Notes: generated by a model from the letters alone, not told the origin. A DNA stretch of 64,000 nt from Bacillota bacterium (GCA_023406895.1 JAEXTV010000001.1:7019-71018), one strand, 5' to 3'. Counted from the first letter of the stretch, positions 48,518 to 58,776 are shown. Made by a program: numbers and translations.

Positions 48518-49682
48518 TAAACACTGATTATCTCAATGTTTTGGTTAGTAAGGGCTTCGCCAGATATAAAATCGCATTATTTTATAGTCTAAAGCCCCCA
48601 ATATCATCCCTTTTGTGGGGGGTAACTGCTTTTTGGGCGCAGTTACCCCTCAGATAGCTAAAAGCCCCCACTGAGTGCACACATATATAAATTTGCACTG
48701 GCAAACAGAAGATTTGCATGGCCAGTGTTTTTTGCTAAGCCTTTGTATCGCGCCCTACGCCATTTGAATATATCTTTTACGATATGAAAGACATATTCCA
48801 CCTTCCATCGAACGCTGGACTTTCGTCTCTCAAACTGTTTTTCCATTTGATAGCTCAATCCATTTCCATAATGGCGATTAAACGTCCCCATTTGCCGATT
48901 GATTCGATAGTCTCGTTCTATCCCATCTTTCACATAGTTCTCCATCTTTAAATAGCCCGCATCGCCATATACGACAGTATCGTCTGTCCGGAGCAATTCG
49001 GGAGCAACCTTTATCTCTGCCAGATTTGCAGCTGTGACGCTGAGATGGTGTACATAGCCCGTTCCCGCATCAGCTCCTATATGTGCACGCATCCCAAAGA
49101 ACCACTTAGTGTTTTTTCTAACAGAGTGCATGTCGGGATCCAACTTCTTTTCAGCATTCTTCCGAGAGGAAGATGCCTCTATGATTGTCGCATCGACGAT
49201 TGTTCCGCCATGCATCATTTTGCCTTGAGATGACAGTCTGTCTCTAATATCAGAGAAGAGTTTTTGTTGTAAGCCGTTATCATTAAGCAGCTTGCGAAAT
49301 TTACAGAGGGTCGTTGCATCCGGCGTTTGCTCGCCATCATTAAAGTTTATCCCTAGAAACTGCTTCATTGCATAGCTGTCATATATTGCATCCTCGATGC
49401 CTTCGTCCGAAAGGCTAAACCATGTTTGAAGCAAAAGCATCCTAAGCATGCGCTCGATATCTTGCGGCTTTCGGCCTATTTTACCTTCGGGATAATATGG
49501 CTTTATAATCTCTACCCAATTGCTCCACGGAACCACTGAGTTCATCTTATTTAAAAATTCTTCTCGCTTGGTTATTTTTCGTCTCTGAGAATACTCCAAA
49601 TCCGTAAAACTACTTTGCTTGTGCATACTCTTCACCTCGTTTGCATTTTATCATATTTTGGAGATGAATTAATCATCGTTTA
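48518..49682 (-). mobile_element. IS5-family insertion sequence (about 1.17 kb)
   Basis: Imperfect terminal inverted repeats: TAAACACTGATTATCTCA (left) versus the reverse complement of the right end, TAAACGATGATTAATTCA. It is flanked by a perfect direct repeat CTCAAG (48512-48517 and 49683-49688) and contains a single DDE transposase ORF. Confidence 0.8.
48658..49635 (-). CDS. IS5-family DDE transposase
   Basis: 325 aa. It is collinear by eye with E. coli IS5 transposase (..FADLEYS..R..TKREEFL..M..VVPW..; ..GTIVDATIIEASSS.KN..; ..DPDMH..K...WFFGMRAHIG.D..; ..DAGY..; ..KVEYVFHIVK..F.W..ARYKGL.KN). Confidence 0.9.
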   Translation of the reverse strand: MKSMHKQSSFTDLEYSQRRKITKREEFLNKMNSVVPWSNWVEIIKPYYPEGKIGRKPQDIERMLRMLLLQTWFSLSDEGIEDAIYDSYAMKQFLGINFNDGEQTPDATTLCKFRKLLNDNGLQQKLFSDIRDRLSSQGKMMHGGTIVDATIIEASSSRKNAEKKLDPDMHSVRKNTKWFFGMRAHIGADAGTGYVHHLSVTAANLAEIKVAPELLRTDDTVVYGDAGYLKMENYVKDGIERDYRINRQMGTFNRHYGNGLSYQMEKQFERRKSSVRWKVEYVFHIVKDIFKWRRARYKGLAKNTGHANLLFASANLYMCALSGGF

Positions 49683-49815
49683 CTCAAGGAGAAACCTTAA
49701 GAAATACTTAAAACGGATATCACCTCCTTTAGACTTTCGGTCAGCTCAGTCCACCTAAGGGTAATTCTATTGCAGACCCCATTTTGTCTCATATCAAAGG
49801 GGGCCTTCCTTTCAC

Positions 49816-49843
49816 TTTACGAGAACTTAACAAACGTTTAACA
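49816..49843 (+). promoter_or_regulatory. Second Pho-box-like repeat set upstream of pstC
   Basis: TTTACG(49816) agaac TTAACA(49827) aacgt TTAACA(49838) at exact 11-bp phasing. No clear -10 hexamer lies at the expected distance, so confidence is lower. Confidence 0.4.
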
Positions 49844-49919
49844 TGCCCGTGCCGCAGCGCGAATACGGCGGAAGTAAAATAGGTATAGAGTCACAGTTTT
49901 ATATAACAAGGTGGAAAGA

Positions 49920-50798
49920 ATGAAGAAACAAAAAATAAGGCTGGGTGAAAAGACCATTGAGAAAGTGATGCTCATATGTGCATTCACCTCCGTGGCTGCC
50001 GTTCTGGTCATCACCTACGTGATTTTTGCCGAGGGCATCCCGCTTTTTAAACATGTTGGCGTGGGGGATTTTCTAACCGGAGCCGATTGGGACCCGGACG
50101 CCAAAATTCCGCAATACGGCATTCTGCCTATGATTACGGGCTCTGTCTATACAACCGCCATTGCGTTGGTTTTGGGAATCCCGATCGGGCTGGGCTGCGC
50201 GATCTTTCTCGCTGAAATTGCGCCCCGTAAGGTGTCGGCGGTTTTGCGCAAAATCATCGAGATACTCGCGGGTATCCCGTCCATTGTCTATGGATTCTTC
50301 GGCTTGGTGGTCATCGTGCCGTTTGTGCGAGGTTTCAGACTCGGGCCGGGCCAAAGCGTGCTTGCGGCCGGGTTGATACTCGCCATTATGATACTGCCGA
50401 CGATCATCACGATTGCCGAAGTCTCAATGCGGGCGGTGCCCAAAGCCTATAAGGACGGGTCCCTGGCGCTCGGCGCGTCTCAATGGCAAACCATCAGGAA
50501 AGTGAGCCTGCCGACGGCCCGGTCGGGCATCATTGCCGGCATCGTGCTGGGTATAGGCCGTGCCATGGGTGAAACGATGGCGGTTATTCTCGTGGCGGGG
50601 AATACGCCGATTATTCCCGAATCGATTTTTCAGCCGGTACGAACGATGACGGTCAACGTTGTTCTGGATATGTCATACGCTGTGGTCGGATCAGATCATT
50701 ACCGTGCGCTCTTTGCCACAGCGATTGCGTTGTTCATCTTCACCATGATCATCAACGCGGCTGTGATGCTGCTCAGCAGAAAGAGGGTGACTGCATGA
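49920..50798 (+). CDS. pstC: Phosphate ABC transporter permease PstC
   Basis: ORF 49911..50798 with ATG 49920 behind AAGGTGGA. It has six TM segments and the EAA-like block ..KDGSLALGASQWQTIRKVSLPTARSGI... Confidence 0.92.
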   Translation: MKKQKIRLGEKTIEKVMLICAFTSVAAVLVITYVIFAEGIPLFKHVGVGDFLTGADWDPDAKIPQYGILPMITGSVYTTAIALVLGIPIGLGCAIFLAEIAPRKVSAVLRKIIEILAGIPSIVYGFFGLVVIVPFVRGFRLGPGQSVLAAGLILAIMILPTIITIAEVSMRAVPKAYKDGSLALGASQWQTIRKVSLPTARSGIIAGIVLGIGRAMGETMAVILVAGNTPIIPESIFQPVRTMTVNVVLDMSYAVVGSDHYRALFATAIALFIFTMIINAAVMLLSRKRVTA

Positions 50799-51676
50799 AT
50801 CAGGAAAAGTGGCTCACGAAAGAGATGGTTCTCGCCAACAGAGCCAAACAGAAAAGACGCCAGAATTTTATCTATTCGCTGCTGTATTTGGCTTCGTTTG
50901 CGGCGGTTGCGGTGCTCTTTCTGATTATCGGCTATATATTCGTCAACGGGCTTAAGGAAATTTCATGGGAGTTCCTCACGGGACCGGTGAAAGACGCGGG
51001 ACGGGAAGGCGGTATTTTCCCTGTGATCATCAACACGCTGTATTTTGTGGGGCTGGGCTTGCTTTTTGCGGCACCGCTTTCGATACTCGCGGCTCTATAT
51101 ATGACCGAGTATTCACGGCAAGGCCCGCTGATTAAAGTCATACGCTTCTTTACGACGAATCTCGCAGGCATCCCGTCAATCATATTCGGCTTGTTCGGGT
51201 TCATGGTGTTCAACAAATTCTTCGGTTGGGGGTATTCGCTGCTCAGCGGTGCGGCAACGGTCGCCGTTGTGATACTCCCGACGCTGATCCGGACTTCCGA
51301 GGAAGCGATTATGACCGTGCCGGCGGGTTATAAAGAAGGCTCATTGGCCTTGGGCGCAACCAAGTGGCAGACGATGAGAAAAGTCGTGATACCGGCGGCG
51401 TCGCCCGGAATCATTAACGGGATTATCCTTGGCATGGGCCGCATATTCGGTGAAACAGCCGCGCTGATGTACACACTGGGGATGGGGACCGAGCTTGTTA
51501 AAAATTTGTTTGGATCCGGCCGGTCGCTCGCACTTCATCTCTATGCCATGATTAAAGAAGTCTCAGCGGCCAAGGGCTACGGGACGGCTGTTCTGCTGGT
51601 GATGATTGTGCTGATACTGAATCTGATCGCCGGGATATTTGACCGCCGCATCAATCGATATAAGGAGAATCTCTGA
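50795..51676 (+). CDS. pstA: Phosphate ABC transporter permease PstA
   Basis: 293 aa with an ATGA overlap with pstC. Contains ..[27 protein letters not shown]... Confidence 0.92.
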   Translation: MNQEKWLTKEMVLANRAKQKRRQNFIYSLLYLASFAAVAVLFLIIGYIFVNGLKEISWEFLTGPVKDAGREGGIFPVIINTLYFVGLGLLFAAPLSILAALYMTEYSRQGPLIKVIRFFTTNLAGIPSIIFGLFGFMVFNKFFGWGYSLLSGAATVAVVILPTLIRTSEEAIMTVPAGYKEGSLALGATKWQTMRKVVIPAASPGIINGIILGMGRIFGETAALMYTLGMGTELVKNLFGSGRSLALHLYAMIKEVSAAKGYGTAVLLVMIVLILNLIAGIFDRRINRYKENL

Positions 51677-52470
51677 TGAATATAGCAGTGAAGGAACAAG
51701 AGACGGTAACGACCGGACACATAAAGGTGAAGGTGAACGCTTTAAACCTTTACTATGGCAGCTTTCAAGCCCTTAAGCATATCAATATGGATATCTGCGA
51801 AAACGAGGTGACGGCGCTGATCGGCCCTTCGGGTTGCGGCAAATCCACATTCTTAAAATGCATCAACAGAATGAATGATTTGGTTCACGGATGCCGTGTG
51901 GAAGGCGACATTATAGTCGACGGAACGGATATATATAAGGATGGGGTCGATATCGCCTACCTGCGCAAGGAAGTCGGCATGGTTTTTCAAAAGCCCAACC
52001 CGTTTGAACTGACGATATACGATAACATCGCCTATGGCCCGAGAATTCATGGTCTGAGGGACAAAAAGAAGCTGGACCTCATTGTGGAGCGCAGCTTGGC
52101 GCACGCGGCCCTCTGGGACGAAGTGAAAGACAGGCTGCACCAGTCTGCCATGGGGCTTTCAGGCGGCCAGCAGCAAAGGCTTTGTATTGCGCGCGTGCTC
52201 GCGGTGGAGCCGTCCGTCGTACTGATGGATGAGCCGACAAGTGCGCTTGACCCGATTTCCACGGGAAAGATTGAGGAGCTGATCGGCGAGCTCAAAAAGG
52301 AGTACACCATCATCATCGTGACGCACAACATGCAGCAGGCAGCGCGCGTCTCGGACAAAACGGCGTTTTTTCTGCTCGGCGATATGGTGGAGATGGGCGA
52401 GACGCGCCAGATTTTTCAGCTTCCGCGAGACAAACGGACAGAAGACTACATTACGGGCCGGTTCGGCTGA
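51676..52470 (+). CDS. pstB: Phosphate ABC transporter ATP-binding protein PstB
   Basis: 264 aa. It has Walker A (GPSGCGKST), the signature LSGGQQQRL and Walker B ([12 protein letters not shown]). Confidence 0.95.
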   Translation: MNIAVKEQETVTTGHIKVKVNALNLYYGSFQALKHINMDICENEVTALIGPSGCGKSTFLKCINRMNDLVHGCRVEGDIIVDGTDIYKDGVDIAYLRKEVGMVFQKPNPFELTIYDNIAYGPRIHGLRDKKKLDLIVERSLAHAALWDEVKDRLHQSAMGLSGGQQQRLCIARVLAVEPSVVLMDEPTSALDPISTGKIEELIGELKKEYTIIIVTHNMQQAARVSDKTAFFLLGDMVEMGETRQIFQLPRDKRTEDYITGRFG

Positions 52471-52489
52471 ATAAATAAGGAGGATAGCC

Positions 52490-53146
52490 ATGAAAACACG
52501 TGTTGAATATGACCATCAGCTCGAAGCCTTGAAGCATGAGATCATTCGGATGGGGTCGCTCGTTGAGCAGCTGCTGGCTTCGTCGATGAAGGCGCTCGTG
52601 GAGCGTGACTATGAGAGAGCCCAGAAGATTATGGACAGCGACGACGAGATCGACGACCTTCAGCTCGACATAGAGGAACAATGCATCACGCTGATTGCGA
52701 CGCAGCAGCCGCTCGCCGGCGATCTGCGTGTGATATTTGCCTCGATCAAAATGGGCACGGATTTGGAGCGCATTGCGGATTATGGTGTGGGCATTGCGAA
52801 AACGGCCATTCGGCTCAAAGACGAGGAATACATCAAGCCGCTTATCGATCTGCCGCGTATGACGGATATCGCGTGCGACATGCTAATGTCGAGCGTGCGC
52901 GCGTTTGCAGCCGGCGACAGCGAGCTCGCCATAGAAACGGCCAAACGCGATAGTCAGCTCGATTCGCTGTTTAAGCAGATTTACCGTGAGTTGTTGACAT
53001 TTGTGATGGAAAATTCGAAGCACATCAATCAGATGATGGCGTTTGTGCTGATTGCGCGGTATCTTGAACGCGTGGGCGACCACATCACAAACATCTGCGA
53101 ATCCATCGTGTATAACGCAACGGGAAAACGGCTTGATCTGGATTGA
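52490..53146 (+). CDS. phoU: Phosphate signalling complex protein PhoU
   Basis: 218 aa with the duplicated ..E..ID.. / ..DLERI(A)DY.. and ..YLERVGDHITNICE.. motifs. Confidence 0.93.
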   Translation: MKTRVEYDHQLEALKHEIIRMGSLVEQLLASSMKALVERDYERAQKIMDSDDEIDDLQLDIEEQCITLIATQQPLAGDLRVIFASIKMGTDLERIADYGVGIAKTAIRLKDEEYIKPLIDLPRMTDIACDMLMSSVRAFAAGDSELAIETAKRDSQLDSLFKQIYRELLTFVMENSKHINQMMAFVLIARYLERVGDHITNICESIVYNATGKRLDLD

Positions 53147-53231
53147 TTTGATAAAGTATTTTTTTCCGCATCGATAATTTTCCCGCCCTGTACGCATGCT
53201 AACACAAAAGGCTTGCAGACAGGGTGTATTT

Positions 53232-53810
53232 ATGAGCATTTCTTTGGTGATCATGTTGGGTTTGCCGATTCTGTATCTAACCGGCAGCCTGCGCAAAAGC
53301 ACGGACGCTGCCGGAATCAACGGGGCTTGTTTTGTGCTTTATTTTATTATCAGCGCGCTGTTGTCCGTCTTTCCGCCGGTCATCATTGGCGGAAATATCG
53401 GCATTATCATTCCGGGCGCGTTTATGTGCTTAGCGCCTGTCGTCTATCTGATTATCCGGCGGGATTTTACTTTTCGTTTCTATATAGCCGCCATGGTGAC
53501 AGTGCTCATATCCGTCACTGCTTCGTTTGTATCCATATCGTACACCATCTCGTTCTTCAGCGCCCTGCTCGTCTTTTCGGTATCACTCGTGTCCTTGATC
53601 TTTTTAAAAAACAGGGCGTCTCTGTTCGCGCCCGTACTGATCGGAATATACAGTGTGTCTGCCGATATTATGTCGCTGCTGACAGAGGCTGTTCGGACGG
53701 TTTATGCTTTTGATGTTCTTGACATTGCGTCTATCAGTTTTGTTATCTGTCTTGCCGTGTCGTATCTCTTGTCCCGCCCGTGGCATAAAACCCCTGCCGT
53801 ACAAACCTGA
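53232..53810 (+). CDS. Hypothetical multi-pass membrane protein
   Basis: ORF 53196..53810 with ATG 53232 behind AGGGTG. It has 5-6 hydrophobic helices and no motif I recognise. The overlapping alternative-frame ORF 53213..53713 is Arg/Cys-rich and was rejected. Confidence 0.6.
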   Translation: MSISLVIMLGLPILYLTGSLRKSTDAAGINGACFVLYFIISALLSVFPPVIIGGNIGIIIPGAFMCLAPVVYLIIRRDFTFRFYIAAMVTVLISVTASFVSISYTISFFSALLVFSVSLVSLIFLKNRASLFAPVLIGIYSVSADIMSLLTEAVRTVYAFDVLDIASISFVICLAVSYLLSRPWHKTPAVQT

Positions 53811-53897
53811 CAATGTGCCGCAGGCTGCAACAAAGGCTGGCGTAAGGCAATAAAATAGTATATAATAGCCCGAACAAAACTGAAAGGGCCATTTGCT

Positions 53898-55181
53898 TTG
53901 TTTGAAGTAGAAAGCGTCAGGAACGGCAGCGCGGCGCAGCGCGGCGGCATACTGCCGGGTGACAGGATCGTATCCGTCAACGGAGAGCCGCTTCTTGATT
54001 ATATCGACTATATCTATTTTTGCGCACAGCGCCGGCTGAAAATACGCATCGAGCGCCAAGGGGCTTTAAAGACATTGCTGGTTCTTAACAGCGATGAAGA
54101 TGACCTCGGAGTCACGTTTACCGAACCGCTGCTCGGCAAGAAGCGCGTTTGCGGCAACAAATGCGTGTTTTGTTTTGTTCATCAGTTGCCTAAGGGAATG
54201 CGCAAAAGCTTGTACGTGAAAGACGAAGACTGGCGCTATTCGCTCATTATGGGCAATTACGTCACTCTATCCACAATCTCAGACGACGAAGTGAAACGCA
54301 TTATTAAGCGCAAGGCGTCTCCGCTTTATATCTCCGTTCATACCGTGGACGAGGCGCAGCGACGGCTCATGCTGGGCAATGAGAATGCCGTACCCATTCG
54401 CCCGCTGCTCAAAAAGCTCGCGTCACACGGAATTCGTTTTCATGCGCAGGCGGTGATATGCCCGGGGTTCAACGACGCCGAACGACTTGAAGATACCATC
54501 CGCTTTTTAATAAGGCTGTATCCGGCTGCGGCATCACTGGCCGTGGTGCCGGTGGGGCTCACCGGGCACCGCGAAAGGCTCACGCCGATTGAGCCCGTCT
54601 CTCAAGGTATGGCGCGAGAGACCATCAAAACGGTTGAAAAATGGCAGAAAGAATGTTTAAATAGTATCGGTACGCGGTTTGTGTTTGCGTCGGATGAATT
54701 TTATATCCGCGCGGGGCTTCCGCTGCCGCCCGCAGAAGACTACGAAACATTTGATCAGATAGAAAACGGCGTAGGCTTGGTGGCGACGCTGCTAAGCGAA
54801 GCCGATGAAGCGCTGGAAAGCTGCAAGGGCGAAGGTGCCGATGTGAGCCTTGCGACCGGCGAAGACGCATATCCTTTTATTGAAAGCATAGCCAAAAGAG
54901 CGGCGGAGCGGTCAGGCGCGCGTGTGCGCGTGTATGCCGCGAAAAATCTGACGTTCGGCGGTGCCGTGACAGTGGCCGGGCTGCTGGCCGGGCGTGATTT
55001 TGTTGACGCGCTAAAAGGTAAGGATTTAGGGAGCAAGCTGCTGATACCCGCGGCGGCGCTGCGTGACGACAACGTATTTTTAGACGATATGACGCTTGGC
55101 GAGTTGTCGCAGACGCTGGGTGTTCGGGTGGAGCCTGTTTGCGACGGTTATCAGCTTGTCTCGCAGATTTGCGGAATATAA
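53898..55181 (+). CDS. DUF512 / PDZ-radical-SAM-like protein (TIGR03279-type)
   Basis: 427 aa with a TTG start. It has an N-terminal PDZ (..GSAAQRGGILPGDRIVSVNG..) and a Cys cluster (CGNKCVFCF). It sits directly upstream of der, as is common in Clostridia. Confidence 0.8.
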   Translation: MFEVESVRNGSAAQRGGILPGDRIVSVNGEPLLDYIDYIYFCAQRRLKIRIERQGALKTLLVLNSDEDDLGVTFTEPLLGKKRVCGNKCVFCFVHQLPKGMRKSLYVKDEDWRYSLIMGNYVTLSTISDDEVKRIIKRKASPLYISVHTVDEAQRRLMLGNENAVPIRPLLKKLASHGIRFHAQAVICPGFNDAERLEDTIRFLIRLYPAAASLAVVPVGLTGHRERLTPIEPVSQGMARETIKTVEKWQKECLNSIGTRFVFASDEFYIRAGLPLPPAEDYETFDQIENGVGLVATLLSEADEALESCKGEGADVSLATGEDAYPFIESIAKRAAERSGARVRVYAAKNLTFGGAVTVAGLLAGRDFVDALKGKDLGSKLLIPAAALRDDNVFLDDMTLGELSQTLGVRVEPVCDGYQLVSQICGI

Positions 55182-55196
55182 GAAAGAGGACAAAGA

Positions 55197-56513
55197 ATGG
55201 CAAAGCCGTTTGTGGCCATCGTGGGGCGGCCCAATGTGGGCAAATCCACTTTTTTTAACAGAATAGCCGGACGGCGCATTTCCATCGTGGAAGATACGCC
55301 GGGCGTGACGCGCGACCGGATTTATGCGGACGCGGAGTGGCTTGGACGCGAGTTCACGCTGATTGATACGGGCGGTATCGACCCGGATGCCGAGGACGTG
55401 ATATTAAAGCAGATGCGGCTGCAGGCCGAGCTGGCTGTGGATATTGCCGATGTGATATTGTTTTTTGTGGATGCGAAGCAGGGTGTGCTGCCCGCCGACC
55501 ACGAGATTGCGGACATGCTGCGCCGCGCCAACAAGCCGATCATCACCGTGGTCAACAAAGCGGACAATAAGCAGGACGAGCAGAATGTGTTTGATTTCTA
55601 TTCGCTCGGGACCGACCAGCTGTTTGCGATATCATCGTCTCAGGGCCTTGGCCTTGGCGATCTGCTGGATGCGGTGATTGCGGATTTTGGCGAGGCAGCG
55701 GCCGAAGAAGAAGCCGAGACGGTGCATATTGCGATTGTGGGGCGGCCCAATGCCGGCAAATCGTCGCTGGTCAATGCTATCATCGGCGAAAAGCGCACCA
55801 TCGTATCGGAGATAGCGGGAACCACGCGCGATGCGATTGACGTGCCGTTTAAGCGGGAGGGCATTGATTTTGTGCTGATCGATACGGCGGGCATACGCAA
55901 AAAGGCGCGCATTGAGGACAAATCGATCGAACGGTACAGCGTGATACGCGCGTTTGCCGCGGTGCGGCGCGCCGATGCGGTTGTGATTATGATCGACGCG
56001 ACGCAGGGGATATCCGAGCAGGATGTAAAGATTGCGGGGTTCGTGCACGACGAGGGGAAACCCTGTGTGATTGCCGTGAATAAGTGGGACGCGGTGGATA
56101 AGGACACGCATACGATCAACAAATATAATAAAGAAATTGAAACGGCGCTGAATTTCATGAGTTACGCGGAGAAGGTCTACATTTCTGCGCTCACGGGTCA
56201 GCGTTTGAACCGCCTGTTCGACGCGCTGCTCAAGGCCAAAGAGAACAGCCTCCGCCGCATTTCTACCGGACTCCTAAACGAATGCATCAGCGAGGCCATC
56301 ACCATGGTCGAGCCGCCGTCCGACAAGGGACGCAGACTGAAAATCTATTATGCAACGCAGGTAGCCACTGTACCGCCGTACTTTGTGATATTTGTCAACG
56401 ATGGACGGCTCGTGCATTTCTCCTACATGCGCTACCTCGAGAACTATATCCGCAAGACATTTGATTTTTCAGGGACGCCCATTAAACTGGCAGCCCGGAA
56501 TAAAAACGATTAG
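55197..56513 (+). CDS. der: Ribosome biogenesis GTPase Der (EngA)
   Basis: 438 aa with two G domains (GRPNVGKST and GRPNAGKSS, each with DTGG/DTAG and NK.D) and a KH-like C-terminus. Confidence 0.95.
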   Translation: MAKPFVAIVGRPNVGKSTFFNRIAGRRISIVEDTPGVTRDRIYADAEWLGREFTLIDTGGIDPDAEDVILKQMRLQAELAVDIADVILFFVDAKQGVLPADHEIADMLRRANKPIITVVNKADNKQDEQNVFDFYSLGTDQLFAISSSQGLGLGDLLDAVIADFGEAAAEEEAETVHIAIVGRPNAGKSSLVNAIIGEKRTIVSEIAGTTRDAIDVPFKREGIDFVLIDTAGIRKKARIEDKSIERYSVIRAFAAVRRADAVVIMIDATQGISEQDVKIAGFVHDEGKPCVIAVNKWDAVDKDTHTINKYNKEIETALNFMSYAEKVYISALTGQRLNRLFDALLKAKENSLRRISTGLLNECISEAITMVEPPSDKGRRLKIYYATQVATVPPYFVIFVNDGRLVHFSYMRYLENYIRKTFDFSGTPIKLAARNKND

Positions 56514-56528
56514 GCGAGGGAGTCTTTT

Positions 56529-57146
56529 ATGGTCATTTGGTATGTGTTAGCCGCGGTGATAGGTTACTTAATCGGCTGTATTTCCTTTGGTTATTTGGCG
56601 GGCAAGATTTTTAAGGGTAAGGACATCCGAGAGGAAGGCAGCGGCAACGCGGGTACCGCGAACGCGATCCGTAACTACGGCTGGGCGATCGGCATGTTCA
56701 CTTTTGTGGGCGATGTGGCCAAAGGCGTGGCGGCGGCATGGATCGGTTATCTGATTGTGCCCGACAGCGGCGGCATACTCGGTGTGGCTCAATTATCCGC
56801 AGGCGTGTGTATCGGCGGACTTGCGGCCGTGATCGGCCATATCTGGCCTGTGTTTCTTAAATTCCGCGGCGGCAAAGGCGTTGCCACCAGTCTCGGTGTG
56901 CTCATCATGATGATGCCTGTCCATTCGGCTGTTGTGCTGGGCGCATGCATCATTATTATCGCGATCACGCGGACGATGTCGATCGGCTCTCTCATCGGTA
57001 CAGCGCTGATGACGGCCTGTTCGTTCGTATTTTTCTTCGGAGATATCTGGAACAATGTGACGAGCGTGCTGCTGTTTATCCTCGTGTTTTATTCGCACCG
57101 TGCGAATATCAAACGGCTGGCAGAAGGCAAAGAGAACCAGCTATAA
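56529..57146 (+). CDS. plsY: Glycerol-3-phosphate acyltransferase PlsY
   Basis: 205 aa. Contains ..DIREEGSGNAGTANA.. and ..FLKFRGGKGVATSLG... Confidence 0.93.
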   Translation: MVIWYVLAAVIGYLIGCISFGYLAGKIFKGKDIREEGSGNAGTANAIRNYGWAIGMFTFVGDVAKGVAAAWIGYLIVPDSGGILGVAQLSAGVCIGGLAAVIGHIWPVFLKFRGGKGVATSLGVLIMMMPVHSAVVLGACIIIIAITRTMSIGSLIGTALMTACSFVFFFGDIWNNVTSVLLFILVFYSHRANIKRLAEGKENQL

Positions 57147-57277
57147 AAATTGAAGGTATAACGACTTACCGCTTTTTGGGTTTGTGGTATTGATAATATT
57201 TGCGGGGCTGCAGGCCATCGCCAAAACGGCGACGGAAAAACACTGTTAAGCGTGCATCCCGGTTTTATGGAGGGCGA

Positions 57278-57814
57278 ATGCTTCAGATTATCATCATTGT
57301 TTTGTTGGTGGCGGCCGATCAGCTGACCAAGTTTCTGATTTGGGCTCCGCTGCCCGAAATAAACTACAGCGCGCCGGTGATACCGGGTGTGCTGAACTTT
57401 ACGAAGATCGCAAATGGAGGCGCATCGTTTGGTATGCTGCAGGGTGCGCAGGTGTTTTTTATTGTGATGACGGTGGTTGTGCTCATTGCGGCGGGATACT
57501 TCATGATCCGTTACCGCGACAAGCAATCGCGTTTTTTCCGAGTGGTGATTGCGGTGGTGTTCGCGGGCGCGCTCGGGAATCTGATTGACAGGGTTGCCTT
57601 CGGGTATGTGCGCGACTTTATCGATATCCGCTTGTTCTCTTTTTGGAATTTCGTGTTCAACATTGCGGACACGGCGCTCGTGATCGGCGCGATACTGATA
57701 TGTGTTTACCTGCTGTTTTTCCATAAGGACAAGAAAGAGCTGAAGGAAGCGGATGCGGAATCCGGCGGCCATGACGGCAAGCCGCATGCAGACAGCAGTG
57801 ATAAGGGCGAATAA
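57278..57814 (+). CDS. lspA: Lipoprotein signal peptidase (signal peptidase II)
   Basis: ORF 57200..57814 with ATG 57278 behind GGAGGG. Contains ..DQLTK.., ..NGGASFG.. and ..GNLIDRV..GYVRDFI..FNIAD... Confidence 0.9.
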   Translation: MLQIIIIVLLVAADQLTKFLIWAPLPEINYSAPVIPGVLNFTKIANGGASFGMLQGAQVFFIVMTVVVLIAAGYFMIRYRDKQSRFFRVVIAVVFAGALGNLIDRVAFGYVRDFIDIRLFSFWNFVFNIADTALVIGAILICVYLLFFHKDKKELKEADAESGGHDGKPHADSSDKGE

Positions 57815-57816
57815 TT

Positions 57817-58725
57817 ATGGACAGTGAAACGCGGCTCGTGGCCGATGAAAATGCGGGACGGCTGGATAAATACCTGACCGAGCAGCTGCCGCTGACGCGT
57901 TCATACATCAAAAACGCTATCGATGCCGGCAATGTCCGGCTTAACGGTATTCCTGCGAAACCCGGAGAAAAAATAAAAAAAGGCGACGTGATCGAGCTGC
58001 TCACACCGCCGCCTGCCGAGTCTGAAATCATCGCGGAAGACATACCTCTTGATATCGTCTACGAGGATGAATGGATGGCCGTGATCAACAAGCCGCAGGG
58101 CATGGTGGTGCATCCGGCGCCCGGCAACGAATCGGGCACGCTGGTCAGCGCGCTGCTTTATAGCATTAAAGATTTATCCGGCATCAACGGTGAGCTGCGA
58201 CCGGGTATTGTGCACCGGATCGATAAGGATACATCCGGGCTGCTCGTGGTGGCGAAAAACGACGCGGCGCACAATTCCCTCGCCACACAGATCGGGGAGA
58301 AAAGCGCACGGCGCATTTACGCGGCCATTGTGCACGGAAATATCAAAGAGGATACGCTAGATATTGATAAAAGCATAGGGCGCAGCCGTACCGACCGCAA
58401 GAAGATGGCGGTGGTGGCGGGCGGGCGCCGCGCGGTGACGCATATCCGCGTGATCGAGCGCTTCGGCACTTTTACTTATGTGGAAGCGGAGCTCGAAACG
58501 GGCCGCACCCATCAGATTCGCGTTCATCTCGCAAGCATACAGCGCCCCGTCGCGGGCGATCAGGTTTACGGGCCGAAAGAGGTGAAGCTGCATACGGGCG
58601 GGCAGCTGCTGCACGCAAGAAAGCTGATACTGCGTCATCCGTCCACGGGCGAAGAGATGACGTTTGAAGCGCCGCTGCCGGATTATTTTGATAAGGTGCT
58701 GCAAAAGCTGCGGCAGAAACCCTAA
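57817..58725 (+). CDS. rluD: RluA-family 23S rRNA pseudouridine synthase (RluD-like)
   Basis: 302 aa with an S4 domain at the N-terminus. The catalytic block is ..GIVHRIDKDTSGLLVVAK.. and ..GRTHQIRVH.. is also present. Confidence 0.9.
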   Translation: MDSETRLVADENAGRLDKYLTEQLPLTRSYIKNAIDAGNVRLNGIPAKPGEKIKKGDVIELLTPPPAESEIIAEDIPLDIVYEDEWMAVINKPQGMVVHPAPGNESGTLVSALLYSIKDLSGINGELRPGIVHRIDKDTSGLLVVAKNDAAHNSLATQIGEKSARRIYAAIVHGNIKEDTLDIDKSIGRSRTDRKKMAVVAGGRRAVTHIRVIERFGTFTYVEAELETGRTHQIRVHLASIQRPVAGDQVYGPKEVKLHTGGQLLHARKLILRHPSTGEEMTFEAPLPDYFDKVLQKLRQKP

Positions 58726-58776
58726 ACGCGTGCGATTTTTTTATAGGCTGTTATAGAGCCCGGAATGAATCCGTTG

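Noticed and set aside
48358-48657. 99-aa + ORF (..PSPRGEGGAKHRMRC..HLISRLSATASPQ..)
   Set aside because: It is a translation of the multi-hairpin repeat and then of the left end of the IS. Peptides of this kind are well-known artefacts of such repeats. It has no SD.
53213-53713. 166-aa alternative-frame + ORF overlapping the membrane protein gene
   Set aside because: It is Arg/Cys/His-rich. The other frame gives clean TM helices and has an SD-preceded ATG (53232).
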